A stretch of 64,000 nucleotides of DNA from an uncultured Coprobacillus sp. (GCA_964385755.1 CAYLPZ010000003.1:65052-129051), one strand, 5' to 3'. Positions 1 through 11,058 are shown, counted from the first letter of the stretch. Translations and numbers: made by a program. Notes: generated by a model not told the origin, from the sequence alone.

Positions 1-2394
1 ATCACATACTTCCACTGCTTCTTTTGTTGATGAATCAAAAATGAAGTTTGCAACAATTCTATTATAATTTTCGCCCTCAAACATTTTTTGTGCATATCTT
101 ACTTTTTCAAGTATTACTTCGATGCTTTCTTTTATATTATATATAATTTCATTAAGACACTCATCTTCTAAAATAACTAAAATAAAACTTTTAAAAGTAA
201 TTTCATCTTTATGATAGTATTTATTAATAATCTCTTTTGAAATCCCCATAAGCGAAGAAAATTCGTCGATAGTGTAACTTTCTTTAAAAAGACTACATAA
301 ATTGTAATAATACTCTATTTTTTCATTTAAGGTATTAACTGTATCCTCCAAAAGTGAAGAACTAGTGAAAATTCTACAAATGTCATAATAAGAAAGTGTA
401 TCATTAAAGGCAAAAGCAATACTAAATAACTCGTTTGGTAAAAGGATAAACTCTTCCTTATTCATCGCTTCATTTTTAGTATACATTTGTAAAAGCTTAG
501 TATATTGTGATAATACTTCTTTTATCTTTACATTTTCAGTTTCTTCATTTTCTTTCGCAAAACTATAATAACTAAGATTATTAGGATAAATAAAAATAGT
601 TTGATCGTCAATAGCAAAATATTCATTAACTTCTTCTATATCTCTAGTCTTTGTTAATATATCATATGACTCTTTTATATCTTTTATTTTTGATAAGTAG
701 TTATTAAAATACTTTTCTTCTTTTAGATATTTTATTAACTCACTATATGTAATAACATTTTTTGGCAAAGTAGAAAGAAAATATTCACATTTTTCCATAG
801 TAAATAATGAATTATTTAATAATTCTACTAAACCTTCGCAGCTAATTACACTATCAAGTAAATCAATAGCCTCAAGCGATGAAGAAAAGAAAACTTGATA
901 ATTCTCTTTTAAGGTTTCTAAAAACTTTTCATCAACTAAATTTTCTAAAATTCTTAGAACTTGAATCTTTGTATCTTGAGTACAATTTTCTTCAATTGAT
1001 GTAAAAATTATTTTAGACATCTCTAAATTAATACTATATTTTAAACTGAATTCATTATATGATAAATAATCATATATTCCCGTAGTTGCAATACTTTTTA
1101 CATTGGTAAAAGGATATTTTCCATTATACTTATATTCTTCTAATAACTTAACAACTTCTTTTTCTATCTCTAATGATTCAGAGGGAATTATCACCGCAAA
1201 AGTATTATTCACACCAAAAATATCTTCAATTGCTTTTTTATCTATTTCAATTTCTGAGTTTTCATTTGTAGAAGTTTTTACAACAAATGAATATTCTGCT
1301 TTTGTGTAAAAATAAAACGTTACAGGAATAATCAATATAAAAATTATTGTATAAATGTATCTAGTTTTATATTGATAATTTGCTACTTTGTGTGATAATT
1401 TGTTACTTTTTTTCTTGATAATTTGATAAATATTACGATGTCTTGTCTTAATAATTAATTTAGAAAATAATATTGTAATACCAGGCATCAATAAAAGTAC
1501 TGATAAAAGGCTAAGAATTATTCCTTTAGTTAATACAATTCCTATATCAGCTCCCAATGTAAATGTCATACAAATAATAGCTAATAAACCTCCAATAGTG
1601 GTTAAACCACTACCTATTATCGGCATCAATGTATCCTCTAGTGCCTGTTTCATTATTAACTTTTCATCATCATCTTCTTTATATAACTCAGTAAAACGAT
1701 GAAGAAGAATAATAGAATAATCCATAGACAGAGCAAGCTGCATTACTGGACTTATGCTTTTAGTGATAAAAGATACTTGTGGGAGTAATGAGTTTGTTCC
1801 CATATTAATGATAATTGCTATTATCGAAACAATAATGAAGATGATTGGTTCAATCCATGAAACAGAATTGACAAATAGTATTATAATTACAATCGCACAG
1901 GCAATTGACATAATAATAGCCATATCATTTATTACAGTTTTGCTTAGATAAACAGAATTAACAGTTTCACCAGAATAATAACTATCATATTCACTTAAGC
2001 TTTTTTTTACATCATTGAGAATTTTCTTTGCTTCATTAGAATAATTTGTATATTCGAGGTAAACGACGTATAAAGCACTATCTTCTTTATAATCTTCGTT
2101 TTCATCATAGTTAATAAAAGAGATTCCCTCGATACTTGATAATTTATTTTTAATATTAATTGCATCTTCTTTAGAAATGTTTTTAGTCATTATCATAAAT
2201 GAACCATTCGAGTTGAATTCATCACTCATAATATCAAGAACAATCTTGGTATTTGATTCATCACTTAAATATGATGATAAATCATAATTTGTATTATCTA
2301 TTAACAATAAAAAGAAAGAAAAAGCAAATAGTAAAGTAAACGTAATTATTAAATAGCTTCTTTTTTCTACAATAAAATTAATTATTTTTTTCAT
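1..2394 (-). CDS. MMPL/RND-superfamily membrane transporter, partial (C-terminal part lies beyond window start)
   Basis: A minus-strand ATG at 2392-2394 starts the reading MKKIINFIVEKRSYLIITFTLLFAFSFF. The open frame runs to position 1 with no stop; the lines I spot-translated stayed in frame. It shows a TM cluster then a large soluble loop, and motifs such as LPQVSFITKSISPVMQLALSMDYSIILLHRF typical of MMPL/YdfJ exporters. It is absent from the ORF track because its stop lies outside the window. Confidence 0.55.
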   Translation of the reverse strand, partial: MKKIINFIVEKRSYLIITFTLLFAFSFFLLLIDNTNYDLSSYLSDESNTKIVLDIMSDEFNSNGSFMIMTKNISKEDAINIKNKLSSIEGISFINYDENEDYKEDSALYVVYLEYTNYSNEAKKILNDVKKSLSEYDSYYSGETVNSVYLSKTVINDMAIIMSIACAIVIIILFVNSVSWIEPIIFIIVSIIAIIINMGTNSLLPQVSFITKSISPVMQLALSMDYSIILLHRFTELYKEDDDEKLIMKQALEDTLMPIIGSGLTTIGGLLAIICMTFTLGADIGIVLTKGIILSLLSVLLLMPGITILFSKLIIKTRHRNIYQIIKKKSNKLSHKVANYQYKTRYIYTIIFILIIPVTFYFYTKAEYSFVVKTSTNENSEIEIDKKAIEDIFGVNNTFAVIIPSESLEIEKEVVKLLEEYKYNGKYPFTNVKSIATTGIYDYLSYNEFSLKYSINLEMSKIIFTSIEENCTQDTKIQVLRILENLVDEKFLETLKENYQVFFSSSLEAIDLLDSVISCEGLVELLNNSLFTMEKCEYFLSTLPKNVITYSELIKYLKEEKYFNNYLSKIKDIKESYDILTKTRDIEEVNEYFAIDDQTIFIYPNNLSYYSFAKENEETENVKIKEVLSQYTKLLQMYTKNEAMNKEEFILLPNELFSIAFAFNDTLSYYDICRIFTSSSLLEDTVNTLNEKIEYYYNLCSLFKESYTIDEFSSLMGISKEIINKYYHKDEITFKSFILVILEDECLNEIIYNIKESIEVILEKVRYAQKMFEGENYNRIVANFIFDSSTKEAVEVCD

Positions 2395-2400
2395 ATTCGC

Positions 2401-2955
2401 CTACTTAATTATTATATAATTATCAATTTTCTTTTCATGATATTCTGTTTTATCATTAAATTTTACTATTATTTCAAAATTATCAATTGTTGCCTTATTT
2501 TTATTAATTTTTTTCTCTTCTTTTGACATTTTAGATGTATCAACGCGATAAAAAATCTCAATAAAATCATTGATTAATTTTGTAGATAAAGTAAAGAAAT
2601 CTTGTTTTGAAAGATTATCAAAGAATACTTTTCCAAAAGAAAATTTCCCAAATTCATCTTCTTTAAATGTTATGCTTTTAACATTAATTTCTTTTTTACA
2701 ATCCTTAGTCATTTCTCTATAGAAGTCTTCACGATATTTTAATATAAGTTCACTTTCCCTTTTGATAATCTTTGATTTAGGTCTTAAATAGATTGCGAAA
2801 GCAAGCAAAAAGAATATCACCGCAACCATCGTAAAATAATCATCTTTTAACACTTTTGTAAGTTTAAGCACAAGAATAACTACTCCTATTATTGTTGAAA
2901 TAATTGCTAGAATTTTGCTATTTTTTGTATTTATCCCATATTTCATATATAACAT
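2401..2955 (-). CDS. small membrane protein, unknown function (two N-terminal TM helices)
   Basis: 184-aa ORF with hydrophobic N-terminal segments (ILAIISTIIGVVILVL, VAVIFFLLAFAIY). It lies immediately upstream of, and co-oriented with, the MMPL gene (stop at 2401, next start at 2394). Confidence 0.45.
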   Translation of the reverse strand: MLYMKYGINTKNSKILAIISTIIGVVILVLKLTKVLKDDYFTMVAVIFFLLAFAIYLRPKSKIIKRESELILKYREDFYREMTKDCKKEINVKSITFKEDEFGKFSFGKVFFDNLSKQDFFTLSTKLINDFIEIFYRVDTSKMSKEEKKINKNKATIDNFEIIVKFNDKTEYHEKKIDNYIIIK

Positions 2956-2965
2956 TTCTCCTTTA

Positions 2966-3946
2966 TTAATAATTTTCCACAGCTTCTAAAAACAACTGCT
3001 CATCATTATTCATCATAAATATACCAAATGATAAATCAAAGTTTGAATGTTCTAACACTCTAAATAGTTTAGATAAATTATCTACTAAATATATATCATC
3101 TTTTCTTTCTATTATTGAATATAATACGTATTTTATTATTATATAAACACCTATTACAAGTAATTCCTTGTGATGCCTTATTCTTTCATCAATTTGCTTT
3201 GGATAATTCTTAAAAACTAAATGGTTTATCAACAGTTTTTCTATATATATATCTATATTAGGATATAGACTATATAATAGTTTTTTCTTCTCACTATAAT
3301 TATTTATTAAGCACTCATTTATTACTATTTTATTAATAAAGTCATTTCTATTTTGATAATATTTTAAAAAATCATAAACTAATTTATTTATGTTACAATA
3401 ATCTTGATGACTTGTTTTAATATTAAATGTTCTTACTAATCTTAAACCTAATTTTTCTTTTCTATCACTTAATTTATCAATTATTTTTTGAAGTTCTAAA
3501 TTACTATTGTCTTTTTCATCATCAGAATAAAAGGTCGGATTTTCCGTTTCGATAAGCATCTCAATTACTTTTTCACAACTATTTGATAGTGATTTATACT
3601 TACCTAAGGAAGCACTTCTAGGGTACATCTTACAAACATTAGCTATATTTTCTTCGCCAAAATATTTATGTATCATACATAAACCATCCACGTCATGAAA
3701 TACACAATCACCTTGATAGTTTTTCTTTATCATTACATAACGTTCTTTTGTGGGATAGTCACAAGGAACAAACGCACAATCAATTTTTCTTCGAATATCT
3801 GTATGATCCTTACAATCAAGATTAATTAAATGAAAATACTCTTCTAAACCTATTGTAACATTCCAGTTTTCACAACAACTACTTCTACACTCTCCACATT
3901 TACATTTAAATGAATCAAAAAAACCTTTTTTCATATAATATTCCAT
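2966..3946 (-). CDS. YkgJ/FliB-family cysteine-cluster (CxxCxxCC, PF03692-like) protein
   Basis: The N-terminus reads FKCKCGECRSSCCENW, with further Cys (CDYP, DCVFHDVDGLCMIH) matching the putative zinc/iron-chelating flagellin-N-methylase-like domain. Start could be M1 (3946) or M5 (3934). Confidence 0.45.
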   Translation of the reverse strand: MEYYMKKGFFDSFKCKCGECRSSCCENWNVTIGLEEYFHLINLDCKDHTDIRRKIDCAFVPCDYPTKERYVMIKKNYQGDCVFHDVDGLCMIHKYFGEENIANVCKMYPRSASLGKYKSLSNSCEKVIEMLIETENPTFYSDDEKDNSNLELQKIIDKLSDRKEKLGLRLVRTFNIKTSHQDYCNINKLVYDFLKYYQNRNDFINKIVINECLINNYSEKKKLLYSLYPNIDIYIEKLLINHLVFKNYPKQIDERIRHHKELLVIGVYIIIKYVLYSIIERKDDIYLVDNLSKLFRVLEHSNFDLSFGIFMMNNDEQLFLEAVENY

Positions 3947-4443
3947 CCTTAATTATCTATTATAACAAAATTTTGTTAATAAATAAATATACAATTTTAA
4001 GCTTTATATATAATTACCGAAATTAAATTGACTTTTTTAATTCAACGTTTTGGGTTTTTAGTCGTTAAAATATTTTATACATTTTTTTGTTAAAAATTCT
4101 TTTAGAATTATTGAATCTTCTTCATTATATAATATCATCACTAAATCATAATATTTATCTATTAGCTCAGCCTTAACGAAAAACAATCCTAAGTCAAGAC
4201 TTATCATATAATGATTAACAAAAAACACTGCTGTTCTTTTGTTTCTATATAATGTGATTCTTTATCTAGAGTTTCATGTTTATTAGATTATTGGTTGCTA
4301 TTTTTGTTACATACTTCATCAATCTTTTCATGTTCCAACCTTATCTTTATTATATTCTTTACATAAACTAAATACAGAAAATCACTCATAACTATATTAT
4401 AAAATACACAATAAATAATTAATTATTTTTCTTTTTAAATTAT

Positions 4444-4471
4444 AAATGAGTTGGACTAATCCAACTCATTT
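4444..4471. terminator. perfect 12-bp stem hairpin AAATGAGTTGGA-ctaa-TCCAACTCATTT, T-rich on + side; likely terminator downstream of lipoprotein gene
   Basis: An inverted repeat read directly in the sequence. It lies just downstream (minus sense) of the CDS ending at 4490. Confidence 0.4.
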
Positions 4472-4489
4472 TTATCATTTATCATCATA

Positions 4490-6328
4490 TTATTTAAAGT
4501 ATTCTTTTATATCAAGAATTGCCCTTTTAGCCCAAGCTTCCATACCATAAATATTTGGATGTAAATTATCACCTAAGTAATAAAAGTAGTTTTCACTAGT
4601 TTGTACTTCATCAATTCTTATTAATCCGCAGTGATATGTTTCAGCAAGTTCTTTAATTTCATTATTATATTTTAAACGTGTTTCTTCTGTATAACTATAG
4701 CCTGTATATGCACTATAGCCTAAAGTGCATAAGAATACATATGCATCAGGATATAATTCACTAATCTGCTTAAGTGCTCTTTCATAGGCAGGTTTATATT
4801 CTGTAACTTTACCATTTACATTATCATTGATTCCAAGGTTTATTATTATCACATCAGGTTTTCCAAACTTACCAAGATTTCTGATTCTTTCAGGAATATT
4901 ACTTTCTGTCATACATGATCCAGCTAGTGATTCGTTAATTACTAGTTTCATTTTTAAAGCTGTATAAGTTTTATACCACCATGTTGCATCAACAGTTTTT
5001 ACTGTTGGAGAATATCTTGGAAAGTAGAACTGATCATCTCCTGAATAGTAACTATTGACATCACTATCTGGGCTATAGAAAGTAGTTACACTATCACCTA
5101 AAAATGATACTCTCTTGCCTGTTAAATCAAAACCTGAGTGATCTTTTTCAATGCTATTATATTTAACATATAATGATAAATCACTATAAACTTTTGTTGA
5201 GAAATCGTATTTTTCTTCTCGTAGCATATTAGTATACCATCCTTCTACTTCGTAACTGAAGCGGTTAGAATCTTCTTTAGGACAATCAATTGGCTCTGCA
5301 CATTCGCCACGTTTTACTGTTAATACTTTATATCTACTATTCTTTTCATTATAATAATATACTTTAAATTCTTGTTTTAACTTTGTTTGTTCAAACACAG
5401 CATAAACAACAACATTACTACTTAAAGGCTCAGTAAAGTCAAATAAATCATCCATGTTATCACTTGTGCACCAACCAAAGAAATTATATGCATATAAATC
5501 ATCATCTTCTTTTGTTACATAATATTCAGTTGCAAGTTCACCAACCTTAATCCAATCTTCCTTGTATAAGTTTTGATCTAATACATAAGTGATTTTATAT
5601 GCTTCTACTATCCACTTTGCATTAAGAATATAATCACGTTTTTCAACAGAAGTAACTAAAGTATCACCTTCGTACCAACCAACAAACTTAGAGCCTTCTC
5701 TTTCAGGGATTGGAAGAACTACTTCATCAGGATTTGAAAATACAATCGTTGGTGGTACACAATCTCCACCAGTCAAACAAATAATAGTGTAAGTTATCTC
5801 AGAAAACCTAGCTACTAAAGTATAGTTCTTATCTGTTAATTCAGTTACTAATGTATCTCCTTCATACCAACCATCAAAAGTATATCCATCTTTAGATACT
5901 TCCTCTAAAGTAACTTCTTCTTTTGATGTAAATGTAATAGTTTTATATACTTCATCATCTATAATATACTCAATTTTATATTCAACTACTTTTTGATTAA
6001 CAACAACTTTTATAGAAGCTTGTTTTGTAGAATCTTCCTTTAAAGATAATTTTAAAACACTTTCTCCACTTTTTAAAGCTATTATTTTATTATCAGAAAA
6101 AGAAATAGCATCACCTTCAATATCATAAACTAAAGTAGCACCACTTGTATAGGAAATATTAATTTCTTTTTCTTCTCCCTCATCTAATGTTAACTCACTA
6201 ATTTGAATATTAAGCTCATAATTAATCACATCATCATTATCTTCACCACAACTAAATAGCATAAATAGCGAAAAACAAGCAACAAAAATATTTAGTATTT
6301 TTTTTATTGTCTTCATTGTTATAATCAT
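4490..6328 (-). CDS. lipoprotein with Listeria-Bacteroides (Flg_new) repeats and C-terminal SGNH/GDSL hydrolase domain
   Basis: Signal peptide plus lipobox (FSLFMLFSCGED). Repeated GYTFDGWYEGDTLV / GSKFVGWYEGDTLV / FFGWCTSD motifs. The C-terminal block VSFLGDSVTTF ... IIINLGINDN ... DNLHPN fits the SGNH esterase blocks. Confidence 0.7.
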   Translation of the reverse strand: MIITMKTIKKILNIFVACFSLFMLFSCGEDNDDVINYELNIQISELTLDEGEEKEINISYTSGATLVYDIEGDAISFSDNKIIALKSGESVLKLSLKEDSTKQASIKVVVNQKVVEYKIEYIIDDEVYKTITFTSKEEVTLEEVSKDGYTFDGWYEGDTLVTELTDKNYTLVARFSEITYTIICLTGGDCVPPTIVFSNPDEVVLPIPEREGSKFVGWYEGDTLVTSVEKRDYILNAKWIVEAYKITYVLDQNLYKEDWIKVGELATEYYVTKEDDDLYAYNFFGWCTSDNMDDLFDFTEPLSSNVVVYAVFEQTKLKQEFKVYYYNEKNSRYKVLTVKRGECAEPIDCPKEDSNRFSYEVEGWYTNMLREEKYDFSTKVYSDLSLYVKYNSIEKDHSGFDLTGKRVSFLGDSVTTFYSPDSDVNSYYSGDDQFYFPRYSPTVKTVDATWWYKTYTALKMKLVINESLAGSCMTESNIPERIRNLGKFGKPDVIIINLGINDNVNGKVTEYKPAYERALKQISELYPDAYVFLCTLGYSAYTGYSYTEETRLKYNNEIKELAETYHCGLIRIDEVQTSENYFYYLGDNLHPNIYGMEAWAKRAILDIKEYFK

Positions 6329-6498
6329 TACCTTCCTTTACATTATTATATCATACTATTTTTCTCAATTCTATCCTTTATTATAAAGATATTAGACTTT
6401 ATACATTTTATTATCATCTGTAATTTATTAAACTATTTTAATTAATAATTTGAAAAAATATATGATATAATAAACATAAATATTAATCGGAGAACAAA

Positions 6499-7371
6499 AT
6501 GAATATACTTAAAAAAATACTTTATCCTAAGCTAATCATTCGTATTATTTTAATTCCCATTGCAACATTTTCCTTAGTTTATTCTCTTATAAATATAGAT
6601 ACCCTTATCTTTTTTCAATATATAGCGTATTTCATTTCCTTTTATACTTTATTAATTTGGTGTCTAAAAATACCAAAGATTATAATATACTTTAAGAAAA
6701 TAATAAGTAATAATAAATTATATATCAAGTGGCATAATGATATTTCTTTTAAAGTAAAGACTTCATTAAATATTTCTTTTGTGTGGAATACTAGTTATGG
6801 CATATTTCAATTATTCTTAGGAATTAAGCTCAACTCATTGTGGTATTATTCTTTTGCCATATACTATATTTTACTTGCTTTTATGCGTTCTTTTTTATTT
6901 TCCCACACGAGAAAATTTAACCCAGGTGAAAATATTAAATCAGAGTGTAAAAAATATACTATATGTGGTTTTATACTATTGCTATTAAATTTGGCCTTAA
7001 CAATTATTGAATACTACATTATTTTCAAAGATATGTCATTTAAACATCATCAATACACGGTCATAGCTATGGCACTTTATACTTTTATTTCTTTCTCTGT
7101 GGCACTTATAAATGTATTTAAATACAAAAAATTTAATAGTCCAGTCGTAACTGCTGCGAAAATAATTAGTTTATGTGTTGCTTGTGTTTCAATGGTAACT
7201 CTCACTTCTTCAATGCTTTATGTTTTTAGTAGTTCTGTTAATTCACAAAATAAAATTATTTTAACTGTTGAAAGCACTGTTGTATCACTATTCATAATTA
7301 TTATGGCTATTTACATGATTACTAATGGAATAAAGAAATTAAGTCTAATAACAAAATGCGATAGAGAATAA
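6499..7371 (+). CDS. polytopic membrane protein, unknown function
   Basis: 290-aa ORF with about 7-8 hydrophobic helices. It sits on the strand opposite to its neighbours, and a hairpin plus T-run follows at 7355-7390. Confidence 0.45.
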   Translation: MNILKKILYPKLIIRIILIPIATFSLVYSLINIDTLIFFQYIAYFISFYTLLIWCLKIPKIIIYFKKIISNNKLYIKWHNDISFKVKTSLNISFVWNTSYGIFQLFLGIKLNSLWYYSFAIYYILLAFMRSFLFSHTRKFNPGENIKSECKKYTICGFILLLLNLALTIIEYYIIFKDMSFKHHQYTVIAMALYTFISFSVALINVFKYKKFNSPVVTAAKIISLCVACVSMVTLTSSMLYVFSSSVNSQNKIILTVESTVVSLFIIIMAIYMITNGIKKLSLITKCDRE

Positions 7372-7396
7372 TCTCTACCGCTTATTTTTTTATATA

Positions 7397-8314
7397 TTAT
7401 GAACCTAAATATGCTGCCTTTACTTTTTCATTATTTAATAGTTCTTCACCAGTTCCTGATAATACAACATTTCCAGTTTCAAGAACATAGGCACGATCAC
7501 AAATACTTAAAGCCATTTTAGCATTCTGTTCAACAAGTAAAATTGTTGTGCCATGAGCATTTAAATCTTTTATTATGTCAAAGATTTCTGTTACATAGAT
7601 TGGTGATAATCCCATTGAAGGTTCATCCATTAGTAATATTTTTGGTTTGCTCATCATTGCTCTTGCCATTGCTAGCATTTGTTGTTCACCACCAGAAAGT
7701 GTTCCAGCTTTTTGCTTTCTTCTTTCCTTTAGTCTTGGGAATCGTTCAAATACTTCCTCTAAATCTTCTTTGATCTTAGTTTGATTATGACGTCGATATG
7801 CTCCCATTTCTAGGTTTTCTTGAACTGTAAGTTCTGCAAACACTTGTCTTCCCTCAGGAACATGAGCTACACCATATAAAATACCATCATATGGTTTAAT
7901 TTTAAATAAATCAGCTTTAACATATTTATTATACTTTTTACGAAGTTTTTCCACTTTTGCTTTAGCAAAGTAGCTTTCTTTACCAAATACTTCTTTAGCA
8001 ATATCTTCATTTGAACTAATTTTGTCAAATGTTTTTTCGCTAGTTTGATATACAGCAAGTAATTTATCTGCCATCTTGGTTCCCGCAAATCTATTAAGGG
8101 TACGTTTATCTTTTAGCATTGATAAATCAAGTTGTGCACTACTTCCAGACTCAACCTTAATTAATCCAGAAAGAGAACGAAGCAAAGTTGTTTTACCAGC
8201 ACCATTTGCGCCAATCAAGACAACTATTTCACCTTGTTTAACATCAATATTTATGCCTTTTAAAGCTTTAATATTGCCATTATATGTTACTTTTAAATCG
8301 CGTACTTCTAACAT
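7397..8314 (-). CDS. livF: branched-chain amino acid ABC transporter ATP-binding protein LivF, with ~70-aa lysine-rich insertion
   Basis: Walker A GANGAGKTT. The LivF-like N-terminus reads MLEVRDLKVTYNGNIKALKGINIDV, with signature LSGGEQQMLAMARA and Walker B LLMDEPSMGL. An extra segment (approx nt 7940-8160) is absent from canonical ~235-aa LivF. Confidence 0.8.
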   Translation of the reverse strand: MLEVRDLKVTYNGNIKALKGINIDVKQGEIVVLIGANGAGKTTLLRSLSGLIKVESGSSAQLDLSMLKDKRTLNRFAGTKMADKLLAVYQTSEKTFDKISSNEDIAKEVFGKESYFAKAKVEKLRKKYNKYVKADLFKIKPYDGILYGVAHVPEGRQVFAELTVQENLEMGAYRRHNQTKIKEDLEEVFERFPRLKERRKQKAGTLSGGEQQMLAMARAMMSKPKILLMDEPSMGLSPIYVTEIFDIIKDLNAHGTTILLVEQNAKMALSICDRAYVLETGNVVLSGTGEELLNNEKVKAAYLGS

Positions 8315-8316
8315 AT

Positions 8317-9102
8317 TTATTCTCCTAAGTATGCGGCAATTACTTCTTTATTATTTCTAATTTCTTCAGGAACACCACTAGCAATTATTTTTCCGAAGCT
8401 TAGTACTGTAATCCATTCACATACACCCATTACTAATTTCATATCATGTTCAATCAATAGTATTGTTGCATTAAATTTTTTACGAAGGATATCAAATGTT
8501 TCCATTAGTTCCTGTGTTTCTGTTGGATTCATACCAGCAGCTGGTTCATCTAAAAGTAATACTTTTGGATTAGTAGCCATAGCACGCGCAATTTCTAAGC
8601 ACCTTTGTTTACCATAAGGTAAATTTTGAGCTTGCTCATTAGCATATTTATCAAGTTTAAAGATTGATAATATTTCTAATGCTTTTGCTTTATACATTTC
8701 ATATTCTTTATAAAAACTTGGAAGACGTAATGTAGAAGCAATTAATCCAGTTTTCATATCTTTATTAAATGCAACCATAACATTATCAAGAACTGATAGT
8801 TGTTTAAATAAACGAATATTTTGGAATGTTCGAGCTAGACCTAATTTTACCATTTGATGAGGTTTAATATTCACAGGGACAACTTTATCTTCAATATAAA
8901 TTGAACCAGATGTAGGAGTATATACTCCAGTTAAAAGGTTAAAGCAAGTTGTTTTACCAGCACCATTTGGACCAATAAGTCCAACTATTTCACCAGGATA
9001 AACTTTAATAGAAAAGTCATCAACAGCTTTTAAACCACTAAAACTAATTGATATATGTTCAACATTTAAAATTGGTTTTTGGTTTTCGCCTCTATTTTCC
9101 AT
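8317..9102 (-). CDS. livG: branched-chain amino acid ABC transporter ATP-binding protein LivG
   Basis: Walker [10 protein letters not shown], then [17 protein letters not shown] and [11 protein letters not shown]. The gene is adjacent to livF. Confidence 0.8.
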   Translation of the reverse strand: MENRGENQKPILNVEHISISFSGLKAVDDFSIKVYPGEIVGLIGPNGAGKTTCFNLLTGVYTPTSGSIYIEDKVVPVNIKPHQMVKLGLARTFQNIRLFKQLSVLDNVMVAFNKDMKTGLIASTLRLPSFYKEYEMYKAKALEILSIFKLDKYANEQAQNLPYGKQRCLEIARAMATNPKVLLLDEPAAGMNPTETQELMETFDILRKKFNATILLIEHDMKLVMGVCEWITVLSFGKIIASGVPEEIRNNKEVIAAYLGE

Positions 9103-10171
9103 CAGTTGTCACCTCCTCTTTTACTTTTTTCTTAAAGATTTTTCTAAAGAGGTTTTTTATCTTCTTAATAAGATTTTTACAGTTTTGTTTAAAGTTCAAA
9201 ATGAACTTAGTCATACTAAATTCATGAATTCCAAATAACCCTTTAGGCGCAAAGATCATTATTAGAATTAATGCTAAAGAATAAATAATTAAACGTAAAG
9301 CACCAAAATTAGTTAATTTAATTGTTAAATAACTAAGAACTGTTGCTGAGAGGATGCTTCCAGTGTATGAGCCTAAACCACCAAATACTACCATAACTAA
9401 GTAATCAATTGATTTACTTAAGCCAAAGTTTTCAGGGTAAATTGAACCAATTGTATGAGCAAACATTGCACCACCAATTCCCGCAAATACAGCAGATACG
9501 GTGAATGCTAATACTTTATATCTTGTTACTGAAATACCAGACGCTTCTGATGCAATTTCATCTTCTCTTATTGATAAAATAGCTTTACCATGGCGAGAAG
9601 TCATAAATGAATATACGATAGCAACACAAATTACAGTTGTTACTAATGCAATTAATATACCCGCATAACCACCTAAATCTTTATTTGATGCACTTAATAC
9701 TTTTGGAAGACCTGATAAACCTTGTGAACCTTTTGTGATAGGTAAGTTCTTGATTAAACACCTAATAGCCTCACCAAAGCCAAGTGTTACAATTGCTAAG
9801 TAGTCACCTCTTAGTCTTAAACATGGAATACCAACGATTAATCCAAAGATTGCGCAAACTGCTGCAGATAATAAAATACATAGTAGAAATTGAACATACA
9901 TATTTTCCATTGGAAAATATTTGCAAAATAGACCTGAGATATATGCACCTATTGCCATAAATCCTGCTTGACCTAAAACTATTTCACCCATTGATCCAGC
10001 TGAAATGTTTAGTGATACTGCAACTACAATATTTATACAAATTGTGATCACTGTTGTTGTAAATGAACGACTAATAGACTTTGTTATTAAAGCTACAACT
10101 GCAATTAGTAAAATTGATGAAATCAAATTTACTAACATCGGAAAGCGTTTATGATTAATTAATTTTTTCAT
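9092..10171 (-). CDS. livM: branched-chain amino acid ABC transporter permease LivM (with charged C-terminal tail)
   Basis: Polytopic permease. It lies between the livH-like and livG genes, and its C-terminal KKIKNLFRKIFKKKVKEE tail overlaps the livG start. Confidence 0.7.
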   Translation of the reverse strand: MKKLINHKRFPMLVNLISSILLIAVVALITKSISRSFTTTVITICINIVVAVSLNISAGSMGEIVLGQAGFMAIGAYISGLFCKYFPMENMYVQFLLCILLSAAVCAIFGLIVGIPCLRLRGDYLAIVTLGFGEAIRCLIKNLPITKGSQGLSGLPKVLSASNKDLGGYAGILIALVTTVICVAIVYSFMTSRHGKAILSIREDEIASEASGISVTRYKVLAFTVSAVFAGIGGAMFAHTIGSIYPENFGLSKSIDYLVMVVFGGLGSYTGSILSATVLSYLTIKLTNFGALRLIIYSLALILIMIFAPKGLFGIHEFSMTKFILNFKQNCKNLIKKIKNLFRKIFKKKVKEEVTTDGK

Positions 10172-11058
10172 TATACTTTCTCCCTTCTATTTTTACCTAG
10201 AATTCCAGATGGTTTAACAAGTAATATAAAGATCAAAATTGAGAATGTAATAACATCAACCCAAGCAGATCCAATATAAGGGATACATAAATGTTCTATA
10301 ACACCTATTATTAAGCCGCCAAGAACAGCTCCAGGGATTAATCCAATTCCACCAAGAACAGCAGCAACGAAGGCCTTAATACCTAAAGTTGAGCCAAGCA
10401 TATTATTAAATCCTTGGTAATAGATACAATACATTACAGAAGCTAATCCCGCAAGCATAGCTCCAATGATAAATGTTGTAGAAATTGTTTTATCAACATT
10501 AATTCCCATCAAAACTGCCGCATCAGGATTTTCACTTACAGCTTTCATTGCTTTTCCTGGTCTTGTCTTATTTACAAATAACGTTAACACTGTAGTACTT
10601 ATTATTAGTAATACTATCATAAGTATTAATTTCCATTGAATTGTTAAATCACCTAATGTAAATGATCCTAAATCAGGAATTATTTCAGGTGACTCTTTAT
10701 CACGACTACTAAATGCAAGTGCAAATAAATTCTCAAGTAAGAATGATACTGCAATTGCAGTAATTAGAGCTGTGATTCTTTTTGATTTTCTTAAAGGTTT
10801 ATAAGCTAATTTTTCAGTTAGAAAACCTAATAATCCCGTTAATACCATTGTTATTAAGACACTAAAGACGGGTGGAATACCTAGTCCTAATAGAATATTT
10901 GTAGCACCTAATGCTACGAAGCAGCCTACCATTATAAAATCGCCATGGGCAAAGTTTATTAGTTTTATAATTCCATAAACCATTGTATATCCAAGTGCGA
11001 CAAGTGCGTAGATACTACCAGACGATAAACCATTTATTAAGTATTCAAAAAATTCCAT
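10171..11058 (-). CDS. livH: branched-chain amino acid ABC transporter permease LivH
   Basis: The N-terminus MEFFEYLINGLSSGSIYALVALGYTMVYG is the classic LivH start. The protein is polytopic. Confidence 0.75.
   Translation of the reverse strand: MEFFEYLINGLSSGSIYALVALGYTMVYGIIKLINFAHGDFIMVGCFVALGATNILLGLGIPPVFSVLITMVLTGLLGFLTEKLAYKPLRKSKRITALITAIAVSFLLENLFALAFSSRDKESPEIIPDLGSFTLGDLTIQWKLILMIVLLIISTTVLTLFVNKTRPGKAMKAVSENPDAAVLMGINVDKTISTTFIIGAMLAGLASVMYCIYYQGFNNMLGSTLGIKAFVAAVLGGIGLIPGAVLGGLIIGVIEHLCIPYIGSAWVDVITFSILIFILLVKPSGILGKNRREKV

Noticed and set aside
1103-1951. Short plus-strand ORFs 1103..1309 and 1754..1951
   Set aside because: They lie antisense inside the long minus-strand MMPL reading frame, have low-complexity composition and no RBS.
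7543-8360. ORFs 7543..7773, 7867..8088 and 8076..8360 inside livF/livG
   Set aside because: They are antisense or out of frame within well-supported ABC ATPase genes, hence spurious.
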